Below are positions 1 through 13,096 of a stretch of DNA of 64,000 bases, piece after piece. The notes under the pieces were generated by a model. It was not told where the DNA came from. It did not search any database and saw nothing but the letters and a program-made list of their open reading frames with translations. The stretch is from Eledone cirrhosa (lineage: Eukaryota). A program made the translations under genes and the position numbers. The first letter of the stretch is position 1; the number at the start of each line of letters is the position of its first letter. The stretch is taken from contig OZ024741.1 in NCBI GenBank assembly GCA_964016885.1, forward strand, positions 79,794,001 to 79,858,000, read 5' to 3'.

Positions 1-34
1 CACACACATACACACACACATATATATATGTACT

Positions 35-73
<39 letters not shown>

Positions 74-80
74 TTATTTA

Positions 81-600
81 TTAAAATAACAGATTAAAGT
101 TTAAGCAAAGAATCGCTGCTTTCACCCTTAACGGGATATATATTTGTCCTTATCGAGCCCTCTTTGGATTTTAGTCTTCAAATTTATTATTATTACTGTA
201 TATATATATATGTGTGTGTGTGTGCGTGTGCGTGTGCGTGTGTGCGTGTGTGTGTGTGTGCGTGTATGTGTGTGTGTGTGTGTATGTATGAATGTATGTA
301 CCTATGTATCTATGTAACTATGTATACATACATACATATATACATACTTCTTTTTTGTATTTGATTTGCAAGATTCTTGATTTGAAATCTTGTGTCGAAA
401 CAGATGTTGTCCGATGTTATACTTTGGGAGGAACATATTACCAAAACATACGCACGTATCAGTTAAGTTTCACTTCGGTTTTATCATTAGTCAGGTTACT
501 AAACCATCCCTCGGTTAGTTAAGCAGCCGGTTGATTATATAGTTGTCATGTTTAATTGTCAAAGTTCTTTTGTCGCACATTCTGTGACATTCTCAATGAC
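81..600 (-). mobile_element. Degenerate PLE 3'-end remnant (family of 23605-24165)
   Basis: AAATAACAGATTAAAGT and 365-480 match 23606-23790. A decayed HHR-like segment lies at about 556-600. The 81-200 part recurs at 59230-59280 and 59741-59895. Confidence 0.55.
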
Positions 601-1014
601 TATTTTTTCTCTGCTGTGAATTCTCTTATCTTTCTACGGTGTGGATGTGATATGCGTGTGCAAGTGTGTGTGCGTGCACATTGATTGTGTGTGTGTGTGT
701 GTGTGTGCGTGCGCGTGTGTGTGTATTTGAATACTGCTACTTCCGCAAGTTTCTGTGTTTGGCCTATGCATGCGTGTATGTGTGTATGTGTGCATGTGCG
801 CGTGCGTGTTTGTGTCTGTGTATGTGTGTGTGTGTTTTTATATGTCACTTCTACTCCACGTTTGTATTTATCTACATGTGTTGTGTATTTGTTTGTAAAT
901 GTTCCACCGACTTCCATGGCTATTTTCCTTCACCTTTACCCAACTATGTACACCTGTAACTTTATACAGTCGTTTGCATCTCTACATTTCTCACTCTGTC
1001 TATCTATGTGACCA

Positions 1015-1113
1015 TTCTTCTTCTTCTTCTTCTTCTTCTTCTTCTTCTTCTTCTTCTTCTTCTTCTTCTTCTTCTTCTTCTTCTTCTTCTTCTTCTTCTT
1101 CTTCTTCTTCTTC
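1015..1113. repeat. (CTT)n microsatellite
   Basis: Perfect trinucleotide run. Confidence 0.98.
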
Positions 1114-1733
1114 TCCCACTTATTCCGGGGAGAGTCGTGGGGTTAGAGTCCTCAGACACGCCTTCCAGTCTTCAATAGATCCAGCTAGATCTTCAATCGA
1201 ACTCCATTTTTGATGTGTCAAACTATACTTATTTTCTCATCCACCACCAGGTGCTTATTTTTCTATTTTTGCATTCTATAGAGCTAACCTTAATTTTCAG
1301 GCTATGTCTGTTAAATAACCTTCTTTATATATATGGTTACCGAGGAAGTGCTTATCTATCAGTATTGAGGAATTATTAGAAGAGGCTTAAATATTTTAAA
1401 TATTTTAAATATTTTATCATACTATAAGTGTTTGCATTATAGCTGATAAGCCAGAGAGAAACTACCGTTTACAAACCCAAATGTTACCACCCTTGATTCC
1501 CCAAAGGTAATCATTCTACCATCTCCATTGGGAGCAATCTCATTCAAGTGGGTTAAAACATTTAGATAATTAGCATGCAACTCATACCACACGCATACTA
1601 CACACAGATAAATTAAGGCTGGCTGCACGAACACTTCGACATTACCTCCCTTGTTTCCGAAATGAACCTTTTCTTACTTCAAAACCAAATATAGTCGACT
1701 AAAGGGGTTTCCTTTTTTCGTATTTTAGTCCGA

Positions 1734-1816
1734 GTGCCTGATGAGGGGCCAGCTTGGAAGTGCCTCCCCCACTATACAGTGGGAGCTATAACTGGACTCC
1801 AAATCAATGGTCGCGC
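1734..1816 (+). ncRNA. Degenerate hammerhead motif with long stem II
   Basis: GTGC-CTGATGA-GGGGCCAG...CTGGACTC-CAAA (G12 lost)-TCAATGG-TC-GCGC. Confidence 0.4.
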
Positions 1817-1956
1817 ATACATGTCAAGAGTATGAAGCTTTATTTATACTAAATAAGCTCTCTTGCTATAGATTGAGCATTGACTTCCTTGGCCTTTTAT
1901 TTACGGATATCCTACACACACACACACGCACACGCACGCACACACACACAAACACA

Positions 1957-2102
<146 letters not shown>

Positions 2103-2341
2103 AAGCGTGAAGAATAACATGGTCGGGTGTACAAAAAGGGTTTATTTACAGCATTAACAATTGTTTCGTAAATTCTAAAGGCCACTGATCGTAAGAAATT
2201 ACGTCACTCGACTTTAATTACTCAGTATTCCGATGATTTGATCAGAGACACACACTGTACAACGCCGTGCATTAAAACTATCCACAGTACAGAGTACTCA
2301 CAACCTCTAACTGAATTACCTTAAACGATACCTTGTTATCC

Positions 2342-2372
<31 letters not shown>

Positions 2373-2419
2373 ATACATAATATTGTGTTGCTAAACGAGT
2401 GGCTTCCTTTAGTTCAACA

Positions 2420-2464
2420 GTGGCTGATGAGGTGAATAGTCACTAAAACATCTAGATGTCCCTC
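2420..2464 (+). ncRNA. Degenerate minimal hammerhead
   Basis: CTGATGA-GGTGA-ATAG-TCACT-AAAA (G12 lost), palindromic stem III ACATCTAGATGT, GTC cleavage triplet. Confidence 0.55.
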
Positions 2465-2684
2465 AAGCTAGCTTGTAAGATATATCCCATATTTTCTTAA
2501 AGTAATAGACTTTGAGCTCCAGTCTTCCTGTTTATCTACTTCACGTGGACGTACAGTTATTGCACCATCTTCCGCTTGGGCTGTGCATTCGCTTATATGA
2601 ATTAAAATTGTATTGCCTGAATTCATGTGCGCATGCCTACCATATAATATATATTTAGCCAGCGTAGTTACGTTCCTTTACGGT

Positions 2685-2803
2685 GTGAGTTCAAATCCCG
2701 CCGAGGTTAACTTTACCTTTCATCCTTACGGGGTCGATAAAATAAAGTACCAGTAATGCACTGGGTTGTTGCTGGCCTTGTGCCAAAAGTAGAAACAATT
2801 ATT
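2685..2803 (+). mobile_element. tRNA-derived SINE with Meta-like central domain (partial)
   Basis: B-box GAGTTCAAATCC followed by CCTTTCATCCTTACGGGGTCGATAAAATAAAGTACCAG; multicopy in window. Confidence 0.85.
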
Positions 2804-2804
2804 G

Positions 2805-2805
2805 T

Positions 2806-2871
<66 letters not shown>

Positions 2872-2894
2872 GGGGGCAGCAGTAGTAGTAGTAT

Positions 2895-2949
<55 letters not shown>

Positions 2950-2953
2950 GGTG

Positions 2954-3007
<54 letters not shown>

Positions 3008-3041
3008 ATAGTAGTAGTAGTAGTAATAGTAGTGGTGGTGC

Positions 3042-3100
<59 letters not shown>

Positions 3101-3102
3101 GT
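2805..3102. repeat. (TAG)n/(TGG)n compound microsatellite
   Basis: Direct observation. Confidence 0.97.
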
Positions 3103-3240
3103 ATAGAGTCTACATACAAAGAGAATAATCAAAACTAAATTGACAGAATGTATGTATAATTAATGCTGAAGAACCGCACAATGTCACGTTCTTCTGGCAA
3201 GAAGCCCAGTGGAGTAAGTACGTGATATTTAAATCGTGTG

Positions 3241-3301
<61 letters not shown>

Positions 3302-3362
3302 GGGGCGATAGATAGGTAGATAGATAGATAGACCAGAGAGAAAGAGAAATGCCCTATATGTA

Positions 3363-3467
<105 letters not shown>

Positions 3468-3498
3468 GTGTGTATATATATGTATATATATATGTATA

Positions 3499-3576
<78 letters not shown>

Positions 3577-3830
3577 TGTATATACATATATTCTTGAGTG
3601 CTTGTCCAAAAGAAGAATGCTTTAACATATTAAATATATACAAAACACTCCAGGGAGTAGAGTTAACTATATAAGTTTATTGGTGAATCACTAACAGAAT
3701 CAAAATTCTATTGCTTTCCTTGTGGTAGTTCCAAAACTAATCGAACAGAACGTGAACATTTCCTTCTGTACCTGCCTGTTTATCTCTTTCTAAATGTACA
3801 TACACACGCACATACACGCGCGCGCGCACG

Positions 3831-3922
<92 letters not shown>

Positions 3923-3934
3923 TACACATACATG

Positions 3935-4000
<66 letters not shown>

Positions 4001-4199
4001 GTGAATATGTATATATGCATCTATGTACTTTGGGGAGTTGTTTTTGCTTAGCAAGTTACTTAATCTGAAAATCATGTGTTGAGGGTGAAGCAATTACATT
4101 GTGGAAGAGACATGTAAGCCATTTAAAACCTACATATAACGATATGTTCTCTTTCGTTTGTTTCTTAATATTAACCTGAACTATAAAGTGTCTCTTGGT

Positions 4200-5395
4200 T
4201 CTATCAAACTTTTGCAACCCGGTCACAAAGGTCATTATTTACGCCAGGAAATCTTTGCTATTTTGCGATAATTCTTTTTGAATTAAATATAATGGTCATA
4301 AATTGATTGGTGTAGCTATGGGATCGTAGGAGAAGGCTGATATTTGGGAATTGATGGGATTGTATTCTGTCATGACGATAGACTATTCACTTTGCGAGGT
4401 ATGAATAGCCACATAAAACATGCGGTTATGTGTAAGTAATTATCAACATATTTAAAGAGAACACTTTAAAGGACAAAGTAGATACGATTCTTAAAATAAT
4501 GTCTTAATATCACTCCAAATTTAGATATTGGCGAATACTGTATATTTACTAATGAATACTTTAGTAGACATAACGGGTAGTTGCAATATAAATTCCAACT
4601 ATTCCCACTAATTCTCAAAAATTTAGTTTAAATATTGGTTTGCGCACATCGTTTGAGGACAAATCCCTTAATTGCGCTGTTCATTATTATAAAGATACAT
4701 CAAAAGACAATGGCTTCCAAGGTAGAATACTTTTTTATCAAATAAACACTAATGTAAAAAAAATAAAAAATAAAAAAAGTTGGTAACGAAGTATTACACC
4801 ATATAATCCTCCATATAAGTTAAATATTGAATCCAATACTCTCATCAACCGAATGAATAAACGTTTCCCCGTAATCGATAGATATCATAAGATATTCAAT
4901 AGTAATAGGGTTAAGAAAAACTACAATTGTACCAAAATCTTCGATGCTTCTATATAAACAAGGTAAATCGCCATCACTATCAGGCAAAACTCTTCTTCGC
5001 TGCAACCACCTTAATATCGACCCACTCAACGACATCTAACTTTCTAAAGCATTTAGATTTGTAATAGCGTAGGTCCCTTGCAAATAACTGTGAAACAAAT
5101 AGCTTACTTCCTCTATAATGGACATAAAAAACTCTAAAAATTGGTCACATATTGAAAAGAATTCAGTTATTCATCAACACTAAAACTGCACTAATAGTTG
5201 CTTTTGTGTGTTTTACACAATTAATACTGAAGACATGAAATATCATTTGCATGTGAAAAAATCAGGTGTTCTGCGTATATCGTCACGTCACTTCTCTTTG
5301 TCAATCAGTGGAATATTCATGAACGTTTATATATATATATATATATATATATACGTTCATGAATATTCCACTGATTGACAAAGAGAAGTGACGAT
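4200..5395 (+). pseudogene. Highly decayed Nematis-type PLE (RT remnant plus palindromic 3' end)
   Basis: 4309-4365 reads GVAMGS*EKADIWELMGLY (cf. DITMGSSDSAQLTDLIG in the 62332 copy). PYNPPY occurs near 4800. Terminal inverted repeat 5281-5395 surrounds a (TA)n centre. Confidence 0.5.
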
Positions 5396-5397
5396 AT

Positions 5398-5465
<68 letters not shown>

Positions 5466-5467
<2 letters not shown>

Positions 5468-6467
5468 GTTTGAATTTGTAAAGCCAAAACAATGCAGGTA
5501 TGGACATAGAATAAAAAATGCAAATGCTAAAGATATTGTTGACAATTAGTCTTTTACCTTAGATTTATTTAAATGTCCTTAATTTTCGAGATAATATCTC
5601 TTCTTCGGAGGGAAGTAAAGTGGTTAAACCAGTGTTCTAAATAGCTTGCCAAGTCATGCTGACAGGAAATGGTATAGAGTATCAGTTCTATCTCTAATGT
5701 CAAAGAGTTAAGGTTAGGTGGATAAAGAGTAGTCTCCCTTTAAAAGGTTTTTTGGGGGTACATGTCTGTTTAAGTGTGTGGGAGAATGCGTGAATGTGTA
5801 AGTATGTGTGTGTGTGAGTGTGAGAAGATATGTCTATACGTAAATGTGGGGGATAGATGTTCTCTCGTGTTAGAACTGGTCTTTGTGTGTGTATCTGTGT
5901 GTGTGAGAGAGAATAAGTGGAGGTGTAAGCGCGCGTGTGTGTGTGTGCGTGTGCGTGCGTGTGTGTATGCGTGTGTGTGGGAGGGGGGTGTAAGTATGGG
6001 GCTAGATGCTCTATCAAGTTATAAATTGGGAGTTGAGTTCTAGTCTATTATTGATTGGTGGTTGTGCTTTGTCTATAATTAGTGCTTCCTTAATTCTAAG
6101 ATTGCCGAGGTTTCTTTCCTTAGTTTCTATCCTAACTGTCATGGTTTTGTCGGTGTTTTTGCATTTCACTAGGTGTTTCTTAAATAAGGAAGCGTTAGTA
6201 TTGAGGTGCTCTTTTATTCTTATGTGGAGTGGTCTGGTGGTGCTACCTACGTAGAAGTTGCTGCATTTGTCGCACTCTAGTCTGTATACGACGTAAGCCT
6301 GGTGGCATAGGTCTGTGTCAACACCCAATTTATAACTTGATAGAGCATCTAGTCCCATACTTACACCCTCCTCCCACACACACGCACACACACGCACGCA
6401 CACACACACACACACACGCGCGCTTACACCTCCACTTATTCTCTCTCACACACACACATACACACGC
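5466..6467 (-). mobile_element. 5'-truncated Penelope/Poseidon-type PLE: GIY-YIG C-terminus, 3' UTR, inverted 5' arm
   Basis: 6014-6320 encodes VVYRLECDKCSNFYVGSTTRPLHIRIKEH...LRIKEALII...PPIN. 6318-6467 is the reverse complement of 5886-6036. A degenerate HHR (CCGAAGA..GAGAT/ATCTC-GAAA) lies at 5575-5612, and the element ends at (TA)n. Confidence 0.85.
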
Positions 6468-6859
6468 AACCAAGCTCTTTAGTCATATAAAAAAACTAAG
6501 AGCTGACTTTGACGCTATCTGTTTATTTCTATATGTGTAATTTTATGGCACCAGAAGAATGGGGGGATGGGGTTGAACCATATCTATAAAAATGTGAAGA
6601 TGAATTACTACTATCTACTGGAAATACCCGATAAAAAATTCTTTGGATCTCAAAATTCTAAAGTAAATTTCCAGTCCGGCTTTCTATTGTTTTTAATGAA
6701 TATTTAACTTCGTTCCTCCACCACACACGGGATATCGCATCTCCGATGGATGATTTGTATAACTCTGAGCGCTTTAATTTATTACATCATCGTTTACTAA
6801 CCGGAACCATCAGTTTTAGCCATTGGTAAATAACCCAACATAAATGGTATACATACATA

Positions 6860-6973
<114 letters not shown>

Positions 6974-7619
6974 TACTGAATAATTCCTGTTCATATAAAG
7001 ATATTCAAATCCTAAATGCTGTTGTATCTGTCTAATGAAGCGTGTGAAATACCATTGTCGTGCTTAAAAGTTTCCCAGAGTAACAGCTGACCATTTTACT
7101 GCCAGTAATTAAGTAATGTAATTAATTTGCCGCCATACAGGAATAGATGACTTATGTTGTGACCAGTAGCTAGTTTGTCCACTGATGTGAGATGTTAACG
7201 GTCAGTAAACTAGACGTACCATTGTTTCATTAACTGGTGTAGTTATTGTTCTTCTTGCTGCTGTTGTTGTCGTTGTTGTAGTTGTGAACTACAATTAAAG
7301 AAAGCTCAATGTCGTAGTTTTACCCACTAAAATTAGCAATAAAATCACCCCTAAGTCACACTCTATCATATTATAAATATAGATTGCATAATATACTCCT
7401 TGATGCACTGTCTCTAAATATCTTACGGCTCCAACGCTTTCAACAAGGCTCAGTTCAATCAAATAATAACACAACGGGGTCAATTCACTGTAAATCGAAA
7501 TACCTCGTCTTCGGCCCCGTTACAAAGTTTATATTTAAATTGTATTTCAACAAGGAAAGAATAGACCATGTTTTAATTTCAAGATAGGATTTGACCTCGA
7601 GAATAATAGTTTTAGTGGT

Positions 7620-7935
7620 GGACCTCCGTCGTTACTAACCAAGAGTGTTCCAGTTGATTCAATCAACGGAATATCCCACTCGTAAAATTAACATGCAAGT
7701 AACTGAGCATTCCCAAAATCCGTCCTCAGAGATCTGCGTTAAATTTAACGTAGTTCTCTGAGAGATTCAACATCAGACAGGATGTGAAAAGCCTGGCCCT
7801 TTGAGTCAAATGTACAATTAATTTTTGCCAGCTGAGTTGACTAGAGTAGCGTGAAAAAAATGTTTCTTGCTCAAAGACACAACGTGCCACTAGGAATCGA
7901 ACTCACGCTGTTATCTTCGTGAGCTGAACACACTA
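7620..7935 (-). mobile_element. tRNA/CORE-type SINE
   Basis: Minus strand GAGTTCGATTCC B-box then GTGTCTTTGAGCAAGAAAC CORE-like block. Related copies near 35640-35845(-), 48780-49135(+), 55870-56160(-) and 57890-58060(+). Confidence 0.7.
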
Positions 7936-8794
7936 TATTGAAATAAATGTAATTCATTATAGATGGTCATGTGTTTCACTCTATAAGAGTTTCTTTTAAC
8001 GTTCGAAAAAGCTTGTATGGGGTGAAACGCAAGACCTTCTGGTACGTAATTTATGTGTCTATAGATATATAAACTCATACATGTGCACGTGAATAGGTTT
8101 GTCAACCAATTACTTACTCTTTAATTAATTATTTACATTTTAACTAATTATTTACATTAGAATTAGAATTATTCACTTTTCGTAACCGTATCTTTTTTTT
8201 TTCTTTTTGCAACATATATAATTTTTTACTTTTCTTGATTTACTTACCGTTAGAATTATTCAAAATAATTTACCACCGGTTTCTCCTTTTTATAATCTTT
8301 AAAATTTTTATAACAATTTACATCAATAATATTTATTCCCTTTAAGAGATGCACCGTCACGCTACGTTGCTTTCGATTAGAGACAGCTATCGCAGCATAT
8401 TTGGCGCCACTTGACCTTATAAACAACGAACAAATGGTCCTGATTGATAGTGTCGCATACCGGCGTAGGGTAGAATTCTGTATCCGCCAAACAACCACCC
8501 AATTCCTAGCCGTGCCTAAGACCCACAATACATAGCATTTTCGAGTGTGTGGCATACGGAGGCCGTCTGTCATAGTAATCACACTGACTGGTGGCCGTAT
8601 CAAGTCTATCCTCCGTTTATTTTTGCTGTAATCCAGTAACTGATTACTTCATCTTTGCGAGTTACACCTGATGACGTCACCACATGTCTGCGTCATGAAC
8701 TAACGAGGCAAGCAATCCATAGAAATACGTATTGTGAGTTTTGCAACATTAAAGGAATATTTGGAATCCGGCATTCTGTTTAAATTAATATATA

Positions 8795-9557
8795 TACAAG
8801 TTTATATAAATTAATATATATGATAAACACTAATACAATCATATAAGTGTTTGTATTGCAAATGACCAAGTTAGCTAGATTGAAAAATACTAATTAGATT
8901 AATACAGTTTGCCTGTCTCGATTTAAAATAATAAATCAATAAAAACAAACCCATATTGGCAATAGCCGTGGTACTTGGACAAATTTAAATTTTAAAATCC
9001 AAACCTGTTCCGTAGATAAGTTTAAACTTCAAAACCCAAATAAGTTTCGATAATTGAAAAAGTGAAAAATTCCATCTTCTGTTCTCATCAGCAAGTACCC
9101 AGAAAAATTGGTATGTTTCACCTCAAAATATTTAGGAGGACTGATAGATGCACATGGTTTCTCAGCTCCTAGCTACCCCATACTCGTGCTGCGAGAAATA
9201 ACAGCCGTTTTTATGGGACTAAAATTTAGCACAACAAAAGGAGCCGTAAATACTATATATATAGAGTTATAAACTCAAACAGTCTTTTACAATTAATTAG
9301 CTCAAAGAAAGAAGTATTTCTGAGCCGTTTTTATTGATTTATTATTTTAAATCGAGACAGGCAAACTGTATTAATCTAATTAGTATTTTTCAATCTAGCT
9401 AACTTGGTCATTTGCAATACAAACACGTATATGATTGTATTAGTGTTTATCATATATATTAATTTATATTAACTTGTATTTCACGGCTCAGAAATACTTC
9501 TTTCTTTGAGCTAATTAATTGTAAAAGACTGTTTGAGTTTATAACTCTATATATATA

Positions 9558-9560
<3 letters not shown>
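8795..9560. repeat. Interlocked inverted repeats
   Basis: 8795-8946 is the reverse complement of 9327-9479; 9251-9328 is the reverse complement of 9483-9560. Confidence 0.9.
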
Positions 9561-9605
<45 letters not shown>

Positions 9606-9762
9606 ATATTAAATAAATGGAAACTATATTTATAAAACCATATTTATTCTATTATATATATTTGAAAGGTACCAAAAATAGATAAAATACAAAATGTTTT
9701 ATAAATATTTGACATGACCAATGATAATATAACTTAGTTTATGGAACATCCAAATGATTTAG

Positions 9763-10209
9763 AAGTCGACCTTAATTAGGAGCAATAACATTAAGAAAGA
9801 CATGAATAACACCACATCATTTTTTTTATGTTGAAAGTAGGTTTATAAGTAAGAATTTTCATAAGAACTTCGTAGTTGTCTCAGTCAACAAACTGTAGAT
9901 ACTGGAGACGGTGGAGATCCTGGCCTTGGTTTCAATCCTGGTCGAGAGGTATATGTAATCTTTTTCAGTTTTTATTTTACATTCCATAGAAAAAACTGAA
10001 AAGGTTTACCGGGAACCCTACTTCCGACAGGATCGAACTTCAGACCAGGATCATCACCGGCTATGATTCCTCCATCTAGACCGACGAGACAACTACAAAA
10101 AGTGTAATGAAAATTAATAATTATAAACCTACTTTCAAAATCAAAGATTAAAAGATGTGGTGTCGTTCATGGCTTTCCTAGAGCTATTAGTCATATATAG
10201 GGTTGACTT
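9763..10209. repeat. Diverged palindrome with tRNA-like boxes in each arm
   Basis: Arms about 9763-9973 and 9990-10209. B-box-like GGTTTCAATCC (9928,+) and GTTCGATCC (10030-10038,-). T-runs at the centre. Confidence 0.7.
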
Positions 10210-10302
10210 GTCAATCTTTTGGCTCTTTGGTAACCACCTTATTATTCATATGTGTGTTTAACGGTTGAATTAATTTAAGTGGGTTGTTTTAACAAACAAA
10301 TA

Positions 10303-10374
<72 letters not shown>

Positions 10375-10381
<7 letters not shown>

Positions 10382-10704
10382 TACAAATATTAATAAAATA
10401 GATGTTCTTTTGGTCAATTAAATTTTATTATACATATTTCAGAGGTACAACAGTACGTCCTCATCAGACAAAATATAATGATACATGACATACCCTGAGA
10501 TGTTAAATGGTTAAGATTTAATCAAGGTAGACTACCTTGATTAAATCTTAACCATTTACGTACTGTTAATTGACCAAAAGAACATCTATTTTATTAATAT
10601 TTGTATTTTAATATTAATAACTCTGGAAAATATTTTCTTGTAGAGTGCTTCCAATCTACTGTAAAACTTATTCTTTGATGTACTCATTGAATCTTGTTTA
10701 ACTC

Positions 10705-10710
<6 letters not shown>
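10375..10710. mobile_element. Palindromic Nematis-type PLE 3'-end remnant between (TA)n arrays
   Basis: 10375-10530 matches 24474-24629; 10637-10710 is the reverse complement of 28333-28407. Confidence 0.85.
10422..10474 (-). ncRNA. Minimal hammerhead ribozyme
   Basis: ATTTTGT-CTGATGA-GGACGTAC TGTT GTACCTCT-GAAA-TATGTA-TA-ATAAAAT (7-bp stem I). Confidence 0.75.
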
Positions 10711-10776
<66 letters not shown>

Positions 10777-11337
10777 GACGTAAAATAAGAAAATTATAAA
10801 AATTAACTTACTAAAATTTCACTCCAACTAATTAGTTTCTGAAAGGGAATAAACATGGTTTCCAAAGGAAGTCTGTTCTCAGCTAAGTTACCAGGCGATG
10901 CGTGGACACAGGGAACTTATACAAAAATAATTCAGTAGATGGAAAAAAGCAAGCGTGGACTAAATTCCAAGACATTGAAAAAATCACTGCCTACTTGGTC
11001 TGGGGCAAATTCAAAAGAATCAATCACGTGACATCGAGGTTAATCAGTGAGGAGTGGGGTGTTAAAAAGACAGTAGCCGAGCCATTACTATGAACTATAG
11101 TAGCAGTTTTGGCAAATTTTTGCTCAACAAAATAATTTCGAGAGATGTCTTGGAATTTAGTCCACGCTTGCAAACTAACAAAGTCAATCTGTAAACGCAG
11201 AAGTGGATATTTCAAAACACGTTGCAACCGGAGGAGACAGGAAGACGATACTTTGGTTTGTGGAAACGTTCCCTGGCAAAGAACGGGGAAAAACGAATAT
11301 AATACGTCATTAATAGGAGCGGTGAAAAACATTATTA

Positions 11338-11432
11338 TTGACTTTGCCTTTCATCCTTACGGGGTCGATAAAATAAAGTACCAGTAATGTACTGGGTAAT
11401 TTCTGGCCTTGTGCCTAAAGTAGAAACAATTA
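11338..11432 (+). mobile_element. Meta-like SINE fragment
   Basis: Same central domain and tail as 54848-55032. Confidence 0.8.
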
Positions 11433-11552
11433 TTATTATTATTATTACTATATATATATATAACGAAGGAATTGTGGTAAGGAACCAGATAGACCATAAC
11501 GCACCAGAGTACTCAATACTTAGGGTAGTAGAGTGGGTAATAGGAATAAGTA

Positions 11553-11631
11553 GGCAGAGCTCAAGCCGTTTCGACGACTATTTCTGGGCTCCGCGTCCAG
11601 AAATAGCTGTCGAAAGGGCTTGAGCTCTGCC
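11553..11631. repeat. Short GC-rich hairpin, probable PLE 3'-end foldback
   Basis: GGCAGAGCTCAAGCC...GGCTTGAGCTCTGCC; followed by GTCGGGGTC...TTTTCA(TA)n, as at 36042-36086. Confidence 0.7.
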
Positions 11632-11648
11632 GCGTCGGGGTCATACTT

Positions 11649-11724
<76 letters not shown>

Positions 11725-11864
11725 AAGTTTGAAATAGCACGGGAAATATATTTAAGGGTCCGTTTTTCTTTTTTGATTCGTCAAAGTGACATTATTGAAA
11801 AGATAATATTATTTTAAAAAAATATATATATGTATATATATATATATATATATATCGATAGAGA

Positions 11865-12030
11865 GTCGAACGCCATGTTTAGCAGCATAGAGTAACGGCC
11901 ATTTAGGGTCTGAGTTGAAATCCCGCCGGAGTTAACTTTGCCTTTCATCCTTACGGGGTCGATAAAATAAAGTACCAGTAATACACTGGAATAATTGCTG
12001 GCCTTGTGCCAAAAGTAGAAACAATTATTA
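11865..12030 (+). mobile_element. Meta-like tRNA SINE
   Basis: Near full-length match to 54848-55032. Confidence 0.85.
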
Positions 12031-12087
12031 AAAAAGTGAGAAGGACAATTCTTTTTTTTTTTATTTTATAATGTATATAAAGTATAT

Positions 12088-12140
12088 GAAGAATTACCGG
12101 TTTCGATGTGTTATTAAAATCCATCTTATCAAATGTTGAG
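12088..12140 (-). ncRNA. Hammerhead variant with U3-A8 core
   Basis: TTGATAA-GATG...CATC-GAAA-CCGG-TA; stem I weak. Confidence 0.55.
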
Positions 12141-12440
12141 TGTAAAAAAATTAAAAAGAGTTAAAAGAAGTTAAAAACGAAGTGTTTAAAATTAAAAACA
12201 AAATCAAATGTTTGGATAAATTTTCTTCCGTCTTTCTTGCTGAAAGGTTGGGTGGAAAGAGGTTACTTGTTTTTCTTCACGGGAGGAAGTTGTGTTTTGA
12301 AAAACATCCTGTATTGTTAATCGAGTGGTCAATAGTTCAAAAGGGGATAGGGGATTGTAAGTTAGAGGTGAATTCTGTAGAAGTAGTAGTAGGATTGTAT
12401 GAGAAATTCTATTATTGGAATGTGGCTTCAGGGAGTGTGT

Positions 12441-12475
<35 letters not shown>

Positions 12476-12478
<3 letters not shown>

Positions 12479-12634
12479 TAATAAAAGGAATTTCAACTTT
12501 GTCTGATTTACTCGTTTTATTTACAATCCTTTAAAATTTATAATGGTATTAGAATTCTAATACCATTATAAATTTTAAAGGATTTTAAATAAAACGAGTA
12601 AATCAGACAAAGTTGGAATTCCTTTTATTAATAT
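12476..12634. repeat. Near-perfect palindrome of a PLE 3' end
   Basis: Centre TAGAATTCTA; the arm matches 59044-59119, which continues into the HHR at 59158. Confidence 0.85.
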
Positions 12635-12662
12635 AATCTTCTATACACAATCATACACACCC

Positions 12663-12728
<66 letters not shown>

Positions 12729-13052
12729 TTCTCAAAAAAACTTCTTTAACAGAAGCCTGACTATCAGTAGCAGTAATTTCTACAATGAGTAATTTTTTCC
12801 TCTTATTTTGTAGTGTGTGTGTATATATAAATACACACACACAAGGAATTAAGAAACATTTTTTTCTTCAAAATTCAGAAAATTGTCAAAAATTAAAAAC
12901 TAAAATCCAAAGGATTCTCAGAATCCAAAAATTTAAACATTAGAAAAAAAATTTTGAAACAAATTTTTTAAAAAAAGAGCCAGCGTATCAGTAGCAATAA
13001 CTTCTGCAATAGGTAATTTTTTCCTCTTATTTTGTGGTGTGTGTGTGTGCAT

Positions 13053-13096
<44 letters not shown>

